DNA from: Nitrosopumilus sp.
GTDB lineage: Archaea; Thermoproteota; Nitrososphaeria; Nitrososphaerales; Nitrosopumilaceae
DNA length: 64,000 nucleotides
NCBI GenBank assembly: GCA_963662625.1
Contig: OY759726.1
Location: 1,152,001-1,216,000, forward strand
Direction: 5' to 3'
Shown here: piece by piece, positions 18,763 through 29,176 of the stretch
How positions within the stretch are numbered: position 1 is the first letter of the stretch
Layout of the letters: each line of letters begins with the position of its first letter
Made by a program: the position numbers and the translations under genes
The notes under the pieces: generated by a model
The model's input: the letters and a program-made list of their open reading frames with translations, nothing else
Told to the model about the DNA's origin: nothing
The model's database searches: none

Positions 18763-20060
18763 TGTCGATCATCGCGCCGAAATTCAGGCTGAGCGAGTTC
18801 CTTAAGGTAATCCTGGACAACGTGTTCTGGACCGTGCTGCTGCTCTCGCTGGTAGGCATCCCAGCCGTCCAGGTCGTCCTGTTCTACATCGAGATGCCCG
18901 TGATCGACGGGGAGCTCCTCACGCCGTTCCTTGCGCTGACTTGGCTCGCGGACCCGTCAAGGACGCTCCCGATCCTAAAGGCGTTCATGGCGACCGACCT
19001 GTTCAGGATCGCCGCGTTCCCGGGGCTCGGCTTCGCGGCGCTGCTGGCGGCGGGGACGATATTCGTGGAGAGGAAGATGCTCGCGAAGCTGCAGCTGAGG
19101 GTGGGCCCGTTCTACTGCGGGAAGATCGAGGGCATCCTGCAGCTCATGGGGGACGGCCTCAAGCTGATCTCAAAGGAGATAATAATCCCAGCCAAGGCCG
19201 ACAAGCCGCTGTTCTGGGCCGCCCCGCTCCTATTCGTGGGGACGGCCGCCGCGTTCGTCGCGCTGATCCCGGTGTCCCCCGGCTGGGTCGTCGCCGACGT
19301 CGACGTGGGCCTGCTAGCCGTGTTCGCGGTGGTGGGGTTCTTCCCGATAATCACCATACTCTCGGCGTGGTCTGCAAACAGCAAGTTCCCGTTCATCGGG
19401 GGGATCAGGGCGCTGTACCAGATGGTGTCCTTTGAGATCCCGCTGATCCTGTCGCTGCTGGGCGTGGTGATAATCACGGGGACGCTCAACCTGTCCGAGA
19501 TCGCCGCGAGCCAGTCGGCATTCCCGTGGATAATCTTCCTGCCGGTGGGGGCGATCGTGTTCTTCATCACCATGCTCGCGGAGCTGGAGAGGATCCCGTT
19601 TGACCTGCCCGAGGCCGAAAGCGAGATCGTCGCCGGCTGGCTGACGGAGTTCTCCGGCATGATGTACGGCCTCGTCCAGCTGGGGACCTACCTGAAGCTG
19701 TACGCGTTCGCGGCCCTGTTCGTGGTGGTGTTCCTCGGCGGCTGGAACGGACCGATGATATGGCCCCCGTTCCCCGAGGAGATCATCACCGAGGGAATAG
19801 AGCTGGGCCCGGTGACCGCCAAGTTCCCGGGGCTGCCAGTGTTCTCGCAGGAGATGCTCAACGGGACCATGTGGTTCGTGCTCAAGACGGTTGGGGTGAT
19901 CTTCTTCATCCTGCTCCCGAGGGGCGTCTTTCCCAGGATCCGCGTCGACATGCTCCTGAGCCTCGGCTGGACCAAGCTGATCGGGCTCGCGTTTGTTAAC
20001 ATGTTTATAGCGTTGGGTTTGATTTACGCCGGAGTCTTGGGACCAGGAGGGATGTTGTGA
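18762..20060 (+). CDS. nuoH: Complex I subunit H
   Basis: ERKMLAKLQLRVGP and RIPFDLPEAESEIVAG. Confidence 0.95.
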   Translation: MSIIAPKFRLSEFLKVILDNVFWTVLLLSLVGIPAVQVVLFYIEMPVIDGELLTPFLALTWLADPSRTLPILKAFMATDLFRIAAFPGLGFAALLAAGTIFVERKMLAKLQLRVGPFYCGKIEGILQLMGDGLKLISKEIIIPAKADKPLFWAAPLLFVGTAAAFVALIPVSPGWVVADVDVGLLAVFAVVGFFPIITILSAWSANSKFPFIGGIRALYQMVSFEIPLILSLLGVVIITGTLNLSEIAASQSAFPWIIFLPVGAIVFFITMLAELERIPFDLPEAESEIVAGWLTEFSGMMYGLVQLGTYLKLYAFAALFVVVFLGGWNGPMIWPPFPEEIITEGIELGPVTAKFPGLPVFSQEMLNGTMWFVLKTVGVIFFILLPRGVFPRIRVDMLLSLGWTKLIGLAFVNMFIALGLIYAGVLGPGGML

Positions 20061-20557
20061 TGGGAACGGCAAGCGGCATAATAAGGGCGCTCAACTCGGG
20101 CATAAAGCACCTGGCCGTGAAGCGGTTCACGCTGCGCTACCCGGAGGAGAAGCTCAAGTTCGTGGGCGACGGCTACCAGTTCGACCCGTCCACGGGCGTG
20201 GGGATCGCCGGCTACAAGGGGAGGCACATGCTGTTCCACGACCACTGCACGGGGTGCCAGCTCTGCTCGATCGCCTGCGAGGGCGTGGCCGAGGCGATCG
20301 CGATGGTCAAGGTCCCCGAGGAGCGGTCGCAGAACAAGAAGTCCATCATGCCGCAGATCGACTACGGCAAGTGCGTCTTCTGCGGGCTGTGCGTCGACGC
20401 CTGCCCGTTCTACGCGCTGTACATGACGAACGACTACGAGCTGTCGTCTTTCTCGAAAGAGGGCCTGATCTACACCCCTGCCCAGCTGCAGGTGAAGCCG
20501 TACGTCTCGCAGGATTCCGAGATCCAGATCACTGACAGGGGTGCGACGCATGGCTGA
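20060..20557 (+). CDS. nuoI: Complex I subunit I
   Basis: Two CxxCxxCxxxC ferredoxin motifs. Confidence 0.95.
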   Translation: MGTASGIIRALNSGIKHLAVKRFTLRYPEEKLKFVGDGYQFDPSTGVGIAGYKGRHMLFHDHCTGCQLCSIACEGVAEAIAMVKVPEERSQNKKSIMPQIDYGKCVFCGLCVDACPFYALYMTNDYELSSFSKEGLIYTPAQLQVKPYVSQDSEIQITDRGATHG

Positions 20558-21062
20558 CGCCGCGTTCCTCGCGCTGTCCGTGATCACGGTCGGCTCCGCC
20601 ATCGCGGCGCTGGAACTGCGCTCGCTGATCTACGGCTCGATCGCGCTGATGGGCACGCTGGGGGGAGTCGCGGGGTTCTTTCTGCTGCTGGACTCGCCGT
20701 TCGTGGCGATGTTCCAGATCGCCGTCTACGTCGGCTCGATAGCGGTACTGATCCTGTTCACGGTCATGCTGGTCAGGCGGGAGCTCATCTTCACGAAGAT
20801 CGAGGACAGGAGGAGGAAGTTCGCGGGCGTCGCGCTGATGCTCGTCTTCATGGTCGCGCTCGGCGCGGTGATCATGGATTCCGGGATCAAGTCGGTCACG
20901 ACCGACGAGCCCGCCGTGGACTTTAGGGACATCGGGGCAGACTTTCTGACGTACTACTGGCCGGCGCTGATTCTGATGGGGCTGATACTGGCGGGCTCGG
21001 TGATCGGGGCGCTGGTTCTGGCAAGAAGGGAGGACATTGGCAATGAGCAACGAGCTAATTGA
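20550..21062 (+). CDS. nuoJ: Complex I subunit J
   Basis: QIAVYVGSIAVLILF motif. Confidence 0.93.
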   Translation: MADAAFLALSVITVGSAIAALELRSLIYGSIALMGTLGGVAGFFLLLDSPFVAMFQIAVYVGSIAVLILFTVMLVRRELIFTKIEDRRRKFAGVALMLVFMVALGAVIMDSGIKSVTTDEPAVDFRDIGADFLTYYWPALILMGLILAGSVIGALVLARREDIGNEQRAN

Positions 21063-21348
21063 CTTCACCCTGGTGTCCGTGGCCCTGCTGGGGATCGGGA
21101 TATACGGCCTCTCGGTGAAGCGGAACGCCATAAGGATGCTGTTCGCAGTGGAGATCATGATCAACGCGGCCAACCTCAACATGGTCGCGTTCGGGCGGTT
21201 CCTGCCCCACAGCGGAGGGCAGACCCTCGCGCTGTTCTCCATCGCCATCGCGGCAGCCGAGGTCGCCGTCGGGCTGTCGCTGATCATAGTGGCGTACCGC
21301 ATGTACCGCAACATCGACATTGCAGACTTTAGGAGCTTGAAGGGCTGA
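21043..21348 (+). CDS. nuoK: Complex I subunit K
   Basis: EIMINAANL and AAAEVAVGL. Confidence 0.93.
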   Translation: MSNELIDFTLVSVALLGIGIYGLSVKRNAIRMLFAVEIMINAANLNMVAFGRFLPHSGGQTLALFSIAIAAAEVAVGLSLIIVAYRMYRNIDIADFRSLKG

Positions 21349-22901
21349 TGGAATACGCGCTACTGCAGGCAGTCTTCCTGCCGTTACTGCTGTCCCCGGT
21401 CGCCTACGTGATCGGGCGCAGGTCGGGCCCCACCCCCGCGATGTGGTTCACATTCGCGGTCCTGCTGTATTCCACCGTGCTGGTGATCACGGCCGCCCTG
21501 GAAGGCACCTACGAGGAGCACTACCCGTGGACCGCCTCGTTCGGCGAGTTCGGCCTCCTGCTTGACGGCCTGGCGTCGCCGTTCGCGATAATGATCTACG
21601 TCCTGTGCACCGTCCTGGCGCTCTACTCCAAGCCGTACATGATCCACAAGTTCCACGAGCAGTACGAGGAGGAGCGGGCGCAGTTGGTGGGGGCCGCCGG
21701 CCAGGCGTCCGTCGTGGAACCGCCGTCCCTCTCGAGCTACGTCAACGCCAAGTCCGGCCTGTACTTTGCGCTGTACCTGGTCTTCGCGATGGGGATGCTC
21801 GGCACCGTCCTGGCGACCAACCTGATAGAGTTCTACGTCTTCTTTGAGATCATGCTGATCCCTGGCTTCTTCCTCGTGGCCCTCTGGGGCGACGGCCCCA
21901 GGAGGAAGATCGGCCTCATGTTCCTGTTCTGGACGCACGCCGGCGCGGTGGTCCTGCTCCTGGGGTTCCTGATGATCGGGCTCACGATCGGGAGCTTCGA
22001 CTTTGCGGACATCCGGGAGGCCGACATCCCGCAGGACATCGTGATGGCGTCGGCCGTCGCGATAGCGATCGGCCTCGGGGTCAAGCTGGCGGTGTTCATG
22101 TTCCACATATGGCTCCCGTACGTCCACGGCTCGGCGCCTACCCCGATCAGCGCGCTGCTGTCCCCGGCCATGATCGGGATCGGCGCGTACGGGATATTCA
22201 GGCTGATCGTGGAGTTCCTGCCCGCTACGTTTGCCGAGCTCTCGATCTGGTTCCACATCTGGGGCCTGGTCACCATGATCTACGGTGGCGCGATGGCCCT
22301 GATGCAGGACGACATAAAGCGGCTGCTCGCGTACTCCAGCATCAGCCAGATGGGCTACATCCTGTTCGGGATCGGCTCGATGTCCGTCCTCGGGATGGCC
22401 GGGGCCGAGATGATGTACGTCACGCACGCCCTCGGAAAGGGCCTGCTCTTCATGACTGCGGGGATCCTCATAGTGAAGGTGGGCACGCGCAGCATCTCCA
22501 AGCTGGGCGGCCTGGCCGGGAAGATGCCCATAACCGCCGTCTGCGCGGTCATCGGCGCGCTGACCATCATGGGAATCCCGCCGACCAGTGGCTTCATGGG
22601 CGAGTGGATACTGTTCTACGGCGCGCTGGAGACGGCGATCGACGAGGGCTCCACGGTGAGGGCGGTCACGTTCGCCCTGGGCCTGGTAGCTACCGCCCTG
22701 ACGATGTCGTACATCCTGTGGATGCTCAAGCGCGTGTTCTTCGGGAAGACGCCCGAGAACCTAGAGAACGTGAGGGAGGGGAGCTGGTACATGACCGCCC
22801 CCATGATGGTGCTTGCGGGGTTCACGATCGTAGTGGGCATATACCCGGACATATTCTTGCAGGGGATCATCCCGTACATGAACGGGGTGCTGGGGGCCTA
22901 G
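21348..22901 (+). CDS. nuoM: Complex I subunit M
   Basis: FYVFFE, HIWLPYVHGSAPTP and KRLLAYSSISQMG. Confidence 0.93.
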   Translation: MEYALLQAVFLPLLLSPVAYVIGRRSGPTPAMWFTFAVLLYSTVLVITAALEGTYEEHYPWTASFGEFGLLLDGLASPFAIMIYVLCTVLALYSKPYMIHKFHEQYEEERAQLVGAAGQASVVEPPSLSSYVNAKSGLYFALYLVFAMGMLGTVLATNLIEFYVFFEIMLIPGFFLVALWGDGPRRKIGLMFLFWTHAGAVVLLLGFLMIGLTIGSFDFADIREADIPQDIVMASAVAIAIGLGVKLAVFMFHIWLPYVHGSAPTPISALLSPAMIGIGAYGIFRLIVEFLPATFAELSIWFHIWGLVTMIYGGAMALMQDDIKRLLAYSSISQMGYILFGIGSMSVLGMAGAEMMYVTHALGKGLLFMTAGILIVKVGTRSISKLGGLAGKMPITAVCAVIGALTIMGIPPTSGFMGEWILFYGALETAIDEGSTVRAVTFALGLVATALTMSYILWMLKRVFFGKTPENLENVREGSWYMTAPMMVLAGFTIVVGIYPDIFLQGIIPYMNGVLGA

Positions 22902-22904
22902 GGC

Positions 22905-24983
22905 ATGGCGACGGAGACGCTAGGCATGCCGTTTGAGGCCGGCGCCGCGAGCGCCTGGCTGGTCTGGATCCTCCCGTTCGCGGCCGCCCTGATAATGCCG
23001 GCGGTCGGCAGGCTCTCGAGGAATGCCACGGGCTACGTGGCCGTCGGGTTCGCGCTCATGAGCGCCCTGTCGGCGGCGTCGCTGATGCCTATGGCGCTCG
23101 AGGCCCACGAGATACACCACCAGGTGGCCTGGATCGAGTCCATCGGCCTCAAGGGGGGCGTCCTGGCAGACCCGCTCTCGGTCATCATGGCAAACGTGGT
23201 GGCCTGGATCTCCTTCCTGATAATGATCTACAGCACCGGCTACATGAGGGGCGACAGGGACATCACGAGGTTCTGGTTCTGGATGATGTTCTTCATCGGC
23301 TCGATGCAGCTCATCGTGCTGTCCGACAACCTGCTCCAGGTGTTCTTCGGCTGGGAGGGGGTCGGGCTGGCTTCCTACGCGCTGATCAGCTTCTGGTACC
23401 GCGACAAGAAGAAGGACCACGTAGGGCAGGAGGGCAGGACCGTCCTGGGGCTGCTGGACTACTACTCCCCGACGCACGCCGGCATGAAGGCGTTCATCAT
23501 GACCAAGGTGGGCGACGTGATGATGATCGCGGGGATGCTGCTGATCTTCCTGTTCGCCGGGACCTTCGGGTTCAGGGAACTGATGGGCGACACCGGATGG
23601 GCCACCGCAATGTCGGCGCAGGGCCTCCTCGTCCCGGCGTTCGTGCTGCTGTTCGGCGGCGCGGTGGGCAAGTCCGCCCAGTTCCCGCTAAACGAGTGGC
23701 TGCTCGAGGCGATGACAGGCCCCACGGCGGTATCGGCGCTGATACATGCGGCCACGATGGTCAAGGCCGGGGTCTTCCTCGTGGCGAGGATCGGCCCGCT
23801 CATGTTCGCGCTCGGCGCGGCGGGGATACTGGCCGACCAGTTCTTCGAGATAGTCGCGTGGGTTGGGGCGGTCACCGCCCTGCTGCTGGCCACCCAGGGC
23901 ATGGTGAACCCGGAGATCAAGAAGGTGCTAGCGTACTCCACCGGCTCGCAGATCGGCTACATGATGATGGCTCTAGGGGTCGCCGGCCTGTCCACGCAGT
24001 ACGTGGACGGGTACACGGCCGGGTTCTTCCACCTGATATCCCACGCCATGTTCAAGGCGTCCCTCTTCATGGCCGCCGGCTCGCTGCTGCACGTGGTGGG
24101 CTCCAGGTTCATGACCGACATGGGCGGGCTGCGCAGGCACATGCGGAAGACGTACGCGTTCATGTGGGCCGCCGGTCTCGGGCTGATGGGGGCCCCGTTC
24201 ATCACGACCGGTTTTTGGAGCAAGGACGCGATCTTCGCTTCCGTCTTCGAGTCGGGAAGCGAGTGGGCCATGCCGCTCTACGCGATCGCGGTGCTGACCG
24301 CCGTGATCACGGCGTTTTACACCACCAGGATGATCGGCATGGTGTTCTTCGGGAAGAAGAGCAGGCACGTTGAGAAGATGGAGGAGGCAGGGCGCCACAT
24401 ACACGAGGCCCCTCTCTCGATGTGGGCCCCGTACGGGATCCTGGCGGCCCTGACGATCGGGATCGGGCTGGTCGGGCTGTCGGCCGAGGAGGGGATCCAC
24501 CACCTGTTCGCCGAGTACCTCGACCACTCGTTTGGCATCCACGCCGCGCACTACGAGCCCGGGGAGTCCGTCCTGCCGGAGTTCCTGCAGGGGCTCAACC
24601 CAGTGGCGCTGGGATCCTCGCTTGCCGCGTTTGCCATAGGCATCGGGCTGGGCTACGTCTTCTACATAGCCCGGTGGGTCGACCCCGTCAGGTTCGTGGG
24701 ATCCAACGTGTTCTTTTACGCTATCCACAAGGTGATCCTTAACAGGTGGTACCTCAACGCGATAATCTACTGGTGCTTCGTGGTGGCCCCGCTGTGGCTT
24801 GCCCGGGGGGTGTTCCGATACTTTGAGAGGACCGCCATCGACTACGGGATGAACGACGGGTTCCAGAAGGCCGTCGGCTGGAGCGCCAGGGTGGTGCAGG
24901 GGACCCAGACGGGCGTCGCACAGTCGTACCTGTTCGTATTTGGAGCTGGACTGCTATTCGTGGTCCTGATTTTGCTGGTATAG
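22905..24983 (+). CDS. nuoL: Complex I subunit L
   Basis: GKSAQFPLNEWLLEAMTGPTAVSALIHAATMV and HAMFKASLF. Confidence 0.95.
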   Translation: MATETLGMPFEAGAASAWLVWILPFAAALIMPAVGRLSRNATGYVAVGFALMSALSAASLMPMALEAHEIHHQVAWIESIGLKGGVLADPLSVIMANVVAWISFLIMIYSTGYMRGDRDITRFWFWMMFFIGSMQLIVLSDNLLQVFFGWEGVGLASYALISFWYRDKKKDHVGQEGRTVLGLLDYYSPTHAGMKAFIMTKVGDVMMIAGMLLIFLFAGTFGFRELMGDTGWATAMSAQGLLVPAFVLLFGGAVGKSAQFPLNEWLLEAMTGPTAVSALIHAATMVKAGVFLVARIGPLMFALGAAGILADQFFEIVAWVGAVTALLLATQGMVNPEIKKVLAYSTGSQIGYMMMALGVAGLSTQYVDGYTAGFFHLISHAMFKASLFMAAGSLLHVVGSRFMTDMGGLRRHMRKTYAFMWAAGLGLMGAPFITTGFWSKDAIFASVFESGSEWAMPLYAIAVLTAVITAFYTTRMIGMVFFGKKSRHVEKMEEAGRHIHEAPLSMWAPYGILAALTIGIGLVGLSAEEGIHHLFAEYLDHSFGIHAAHYEPGESVLPEFLQGLNPVALGSSLAAFAIGIGLGYVFYIARWVDPVRFVGSNVFFYAIHKVILNRWYLNAIIYWCFVVAPLWLARGVFRYFERTAIDYGMNDGFQKAVGWSARVVQGTQTGVAQSYLFVFGAGLLFVVLILLV

Positions 24984-24993
24984 GTGATATGGT

Positions 24994-26478
24994 ATGCTCG
25001 ACGTAAGTTCCACGCCTCTGGTCATGGTAGCGATCCTGGGAACCGTGGGGATACTGCTGCCGGTGATCAGCATCGCCAGGGGGGAGAGGGGCTCCAACTC
25101 GTTCTACGCGGCCATCGCCTTCGCGGCGCTGTTCGCGTCGATCGGCTACGTCTGCTACGTGCTGGCCACCGAGCACATAGTGCCGTCGGCGCTGTTCTCG
25201 GAGGAGGTGCTCGTGGACGACGCGTTCGGCGGGTTCTTCGCCATAGCGATGCTCATCGTGGCGATCTTCACCACCGTCGGGTCGTTCAACTACATGAGGA
25301 AGCAGAACTCCCCGGCCGTGTACTACTCGCTGATCCTCCTCTCGACCATAGGCATGGTCCTCGTCGCCTATTCCACCGACCTGGTGATGCTGTTCGTGGC
25401 GTGGGAGCTGATGAGCATCCCGACGTACATCCTCGCGGGGTTCATGAAGAAGAACCCGAGCTCCAACGAGGCCGCGCTGAAGTACTTCCTGTTCGGCGCC
25501 ATGTCGTCTGCCATAATCATCTACGGGATATCGATATCGTACGGCCTGACCGGCTCCACCAACATAGGGGCGGTCATCCAGGGGTACGCGTCGCTGGACC
25601 CGTCGCTCCTCCCGCTGGCGCTGCTCTCAGTCGGGATGTTCATCGCGGGCTTCGGGTTCAAGATGGGGCTCGTCCCGTTCCACATGTGGCTGCCCGACAC
25701 GTACGAGGGGGCGCCGGCGCCCATCACCACGCTGCTGGCGGCCGGGACCAAGAAGGCAGGGTTCGCCGCGGCGATCAGGATAATCGTCCTGGGGATGGTC
25801 GCGCTCAACCTGGACTGGACCCTGGCGCTCGGCGTCATCGCCATCATGACCATGACGATCGGCAACGTGGCGGCCATCATGCAGAAGAACCTCTCCAGGA
25901 TGCTGGCGTACTCAAGCATAGGGCACGCGGGATACATCCTGATCGGGCTCGCGATAGCCCCGTTCTCGTCGATGGGGATACAGGGCTCCATGTACCACGT
26001 GCTCAACCACGCGGTGATGAAGGGCGCGGCGTTCGTGGCCATCGGCGGGCTGGTGACCACGCTGGCGGTGACCAACCTGGACAAGCTGAAGGGGCTGGGG
26101 AGGAGGATGCCCATCACGTCGCTGGGGCTGGTGGTCTCGCTGCTGGCGCTGGCCGGCGTCCCGCCGCTCAACGGGTTCTGGAGCAAGCTGATGCTGTTCG
26201 GGGGCGCCCTTGACGCCACGGGCGCCGTCTGGTGGGCCCCGTGGCTCGCCATAGCGGGGGTCCTGAACAGCGCGCTGTCGCTCGCGTACTACGGCTGGAT
26301 CATGAGGAGGATGTACTTTGAGGGCGAGACCGAAAAGCGCGTCTCGGAGCCCAGGTCGGTGATCGCCATAATGGTGTTCTCCATAATATTCATGGTCGGG
26401 CTGGGGGTCTACCCGGACCCGGTCATACAGTTCGTGGAGTTCGCCTCCCCCGTGATCGGGATGGGCATCACGCCTTAA
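24994..26478 (+). CDS. nuoN: Complex I subunit N
   Basis: EAALKYF, FKMGLVPFHMWLPDTYEGAP and RMLAYSSIGHAG. Confidence 0.95.
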   Translation: MLDVSSTPLVMVAILGTVGILLPVISIARGERGSNSFYAAIAFAALFASIGYVCYVLATEHIVPSALFSEEVLVDDAFGGFFAIAMLIVAIFTTVGSFNYMRKQNSPAVYYSLILLSTIGMVLVAYSTDLVMLFVAWELMSIPTYILAGFMKKNPSSNEAALKYFLFGAMSSAIIIYGISISYGLTGSTNIGAVIQGYASLDPSLLPLALLSVGMFIAGFGFKMGLVPFHMWLPDTYEGAPAPITTLLAAGTKKAGFAAAIRIIVLGMVALNLDWTLALGVIAIMTMTIGNVAAIMQKNLSRMLAYSSIGHAGYILIGLAIAPFSSMGIQGSMYHVLNHAVMKGAAFVAIGGLVTTLAVTNLDKLKGLGRRMPITSLGLVVSLLALAGVPPLNGFWSKLMLFGGALDATGAVWWAPWLAIAGVLNSALSLAYYGWIMRRMYFEGETEKRVSEPRSVIAIMVFSIIFMVGLGVYPDPVIQFVEFASPVIGMGITP

Positions 26479-27319
26479 ACGACGCGAACTTTACCAGGTT
26501 TTCCAGGCTGATCTTCGGGCCGTCGCAGGCGATCTTCCTGAGGCTAGCCCGAGCCCTGTCGGAGTACTCCTTCAGCAGCTCCTCCATCCTGTCGAACACG
26601 TCCCTGGGATCGGAACTCTTCTTGATCAGCAGGTTGAACAGCTTGTCCTCGTTCTTCCAGTCGAGCAGGTCGTCCCTGATCTGGTACGCGATCCCGATGT
26701 TCCTCCCGTACTCGGTGAGCGCCTCGATCTGCTCCTCCGTCCCGTTCCCTATGATCGCGCCGGTCCTGGCGGCAACCTCGAAGGCGGTGGCGGTCTTGTA
26801 CTCTATCACCTTGAGGTAGTCCCCGAAGGTGACGTCCTCGCTGGTGTCCAGCCTGCTCTCGATCATCTCCCCCTCGCTCATCAGCATCGCGGTGGTCGCC
26901 AGGTCCTTGGTGATCCTGGGGTTGTCCAGCCTCGAGCATATCGCCAGGATCAGGCCCAGCACAAAGTCCCCGGTCAGGACGCTGGTGTTGTAGCCGTACT
27001 TGATGTGGAAGGGCTCCTTCTGCCTCCTCACGGTCTCGTTGTCTATGATGTCGTCGTGGATGATCGACTCCATGTGGAGGAACTCCACGGCGCAGGCCGC
27101 AGCCAGGGTGTTCTCGTCGACCCTGCCGACGCTCTCGGCGGCCAGGACCAGGATAACCGGCCGGATCCTCTTGCCGCCGTCAAGGGAGTACTTGAGCGGC
27201 TCGATGAACTCGGACTCGGAGTACAGCGACAGCTCCTTGTCCAGCGCCCGGTTTATCTCCTCGATGTACTTCCCATAGGTCTCAATCAAGGGGTTGATCT
27301 CGATGTTTTTCCTGTCCAA
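26468..27319 (-). CDS. Polyprenyl diphosphate synthase family protein
   Basis: GGKRIRP, HDDIID, KTA and QIRDDLLD motifs. Confidence 0.9.
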   Translation of the reverse strand: MDRKNIEINPLIETYGKYIEEINRALDKELSLYSESEFIEPLKYSLDGGKRIRPVILVLAAESVGRVDENTLAAACAVEFLHMESIIHDDIIDNETVRRQKEPFHIKYGYNTSVLTGDFVLGLILAICSRLDNPRITKDLATTAMLMSEGEMIESRLDTSEDVTFGDYLKVIEYKTATAFEVAARTGAIIGNGTEEQIEALTEYGRNIGIAYQIRDDLLDWKNEDKLFNLLIKKSSDPRDVFDRMEELLKEYSDRARASLRKIACDGPKISLENLVKFASFKA

Positions 27320-27476
27320 GACTGCCTAACAACAAAAGCTCTCCCATTACTAATTAAATCTTGGTACGTTGCGGGATCCCTGCGTTGGCACCATCGGCCG
27401 TAACCGCCACCGGCCCGGCCGCGTGGATCCCCGCACGAAGAGATAAATACGCGCGCCGGCCCACCTTCCGGTGCAC

Positions 27477-28163
27477 ATGACGCGGGACGGCCTGGCATCT
27501 GAGCGGTGGGACGCGGAGTACCGGTCAGGCAGGTACGTCGGGGAGGGGCCGGTGGCGTTCGTCAGGGAGATAGCGGCCGCGCTTGACGGGCCGCGCCGCC
27601 GCGGCCGTGGGCTGTACGTAGGGTGCGGCAACGGCAGGAACTACGTCCCGCTGGCGCGCTCCGGCCTGGACCTGACCGCGATAGACGCGTCGGCGGAGGC
27701 CATCGCGCGGCTCTCCGCCCGGGAGCCGTCGCTTTCGGAAGGCCTCCTGTGCACCAGCCTGGGCGACTTTGAGCCAGGGCGGGCCTTCGACTACGTCATA
27801 GCCATCCAGGTGTTCCAGCACGGCACTGCGGCCGGGGTGTATGGGCACTTTGAGCGGGCCTCGGCCCTGCTGAGGCCAGGCGGGCTCCTGTTCCTCAGGG
27901 TGAACTCCCGCTCCACCGACGTCTGGCACCGGCACGATGTGGTCGAGGAGGACGCGCTTGGCGGGTTCACCGTCCGCTACGGAGAGGGCCCGAAAAAAGG
28001 ACTCTGCATACATTTTTTCTCCCGGGAGGGGCTGGAGGAACGCCTCCGGCGCGCGGGCCTGGCGCCCGTGTCGGGCCCGAGGGAGGTCACCGAGCCCCGC
28101 GCCCCCCCTAGATCCGGCTCGTGGTCCCAGTGGGAGGTCGTCGCGGAGAAACGCGGCCCGTGA
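27477..28163 (+). CDS. Class I SAM-dependent methyltransferase
   Basis: LYVGCGNGRN motif I, IDAS and LLRPGGLL. Confidence 0.85.
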   Translation: MTRDGLASERWDAEYRSGRYVGEGPVAFVREIAAALDGPRRRGRGLYVGCGNGRNYVPLARSGLDLTAIDASAEAIARLSAREPSLSEGLLCTSLGDFEPGRAFDYVIAIQVFQHGTAAGVYGHFERASALLRPGGLLFLRVNSRSTDVWHRHDVVEEDALGGFTVRYGEGPKKGLCIHFFSREGLEERLRRAGLAPVSGPREVTEPRAPPRSGSWSQWEVVAEKRGP

Positions 28164-28184
28164 TCCGCCGCGGCCGGCTACTGG

Positions 28185-28263
28185 TGGTGCTCCTGTCGGG
28201 ATTTGAACCCGAGATCACTGCCTTGAAAGGGCAGTATGCTTGACCGGTCTACACCACAGGAGC
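28185..28263 (-). tRNA. tRNA-Glu(TTC), CCA encoded
   Basis: Reverse complement GCTCCTG...CAGGAGCACCA; anticodon loop CTTTCAA. Confidence 0.93.
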
Positions 28264-28341
28264 CTGCTTGAACGATTCGCCTTGACCATAAAATCTTTTT
28301 GAACCGCAAAGATTTTTTTAACGGTCGCGTCAAACAATAAC

Positions 28342-28977
28342 ATGAGCAAACTAGTACAAAAGATAGACGAAATGATTGAGCAGCGCAGCCTGCTCGGGCA
28401 CCCGTTTTACGAGATGTGGTCCGACGGGAAGCTCGCGCAGGGGGCCCTGGCCGGGTACTCGAAGGAATACTTTCAGCTGGTAAAGGCCGTCCCGTCGTTC
28501 ATGAGCCCGATCATCGACAAGGCCCCGGGCGACGTCGTCGGCGAACTCGTCGAAAACCAGCGGGAGGAGTACGATCACATCGGATCCTGGGTGAAGTTCG
28601 CAGGTGAGCTGGGCGTGTCCGAGCAGGAACTGACAGAGTATCACGGGCTGGAGAAGACCAACCAGGCGGTATCTGCCCTGTCCGGGCTGATGGACACGTT
28701 CGAGGGCGGCGCGTGCGCGATGTACGCGTTTGAGAAGGAGATCCCGAAGGTCAGCCAGACAAAGCTCGACGGCCTGGCGGGGTTTTACGGCATCACGAGC
28801 GATGACGCTACCAGGTACTTCAGGCTCCACACCGAGGCGGACATCAGGCACGCGGCATCCTGGAGGAACATACTCGAGCGGTGCCCGGACGACTCGGACA
28901 ACCTGATCCGGGTGGCAGGCGAGTCCATCGGCGCGCAGCACGCGCTGCTTGACGGTTGCTACGAGGCATACTGCTAG
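28342..28977 (+). CDS. Heme-oxygenase-like diiron protein (CADD/PqqC/TenA superfamily), CADD-like
   Basis: HPFYEMW, EEYDH, YAFE, KLDGL and HTEADIRH motifs. Confidence 0.8.
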   Translation: MSKLVQKIDEMIEQRSLLGHPFYEMWSDGKLAQGALAGYSKEYFQLVKAVPSFMSPIIDKAPGDVVGELVENQREEYDHIGSWVKFAGELGVSEQELTEYHGLEKTNQAVSALSGLMDTFEGGACAMYAFEKEIPKVSQTKLDGLAGFYGITSDDATRYFRLHTEADIRHAASWRNILERCPDDSDNLIRVAGESIGAQHALLDGCYEAYC

Positions 28978-29102
28978 CCCCGGCAGCGCCCCGCGGGCAA
29001 AAGCCCCGGGAATCCGCGCGACGGGACGGCCCGCAGCCCGCGTGGGGACGCGCGGCAGCCGGCCTCGTAACATTTTATACCGAAGAAAAAACCCATCTGC
29101 TA

Positions 29103-29176
29103 GGGCCCGTAACTCAGCTTGGTAGAGTAACCGGCTCATAACCGGTGAGCCAAGGGATCGAAGCCCTTCGGGCCCA
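29103..29176 (+). tRNA. tRNA with CAT anticodon, most likely tRNA-Ile2
   Basis: GGGCCCG acceptor stem and CCGGCTCATAACCGG anticodon arm match archaeal Ile2 rather than initiator (AGCGGG...) tRNA. Confidence 0.85.

Noticed and set aside
15988-26478. Complex I operon lacking nuoE/F/G
   Set aside because: This is the established state in ammonia-oxidising archaea and is not novel.
29103-29176. CAT-anticodon tRNA as initiator Met
   Set aside because: It lacks the A1-U72 pair and the three consecutive G-C anticodon-stem pairs; the sequence fits archaeal tRNA-Ile2.
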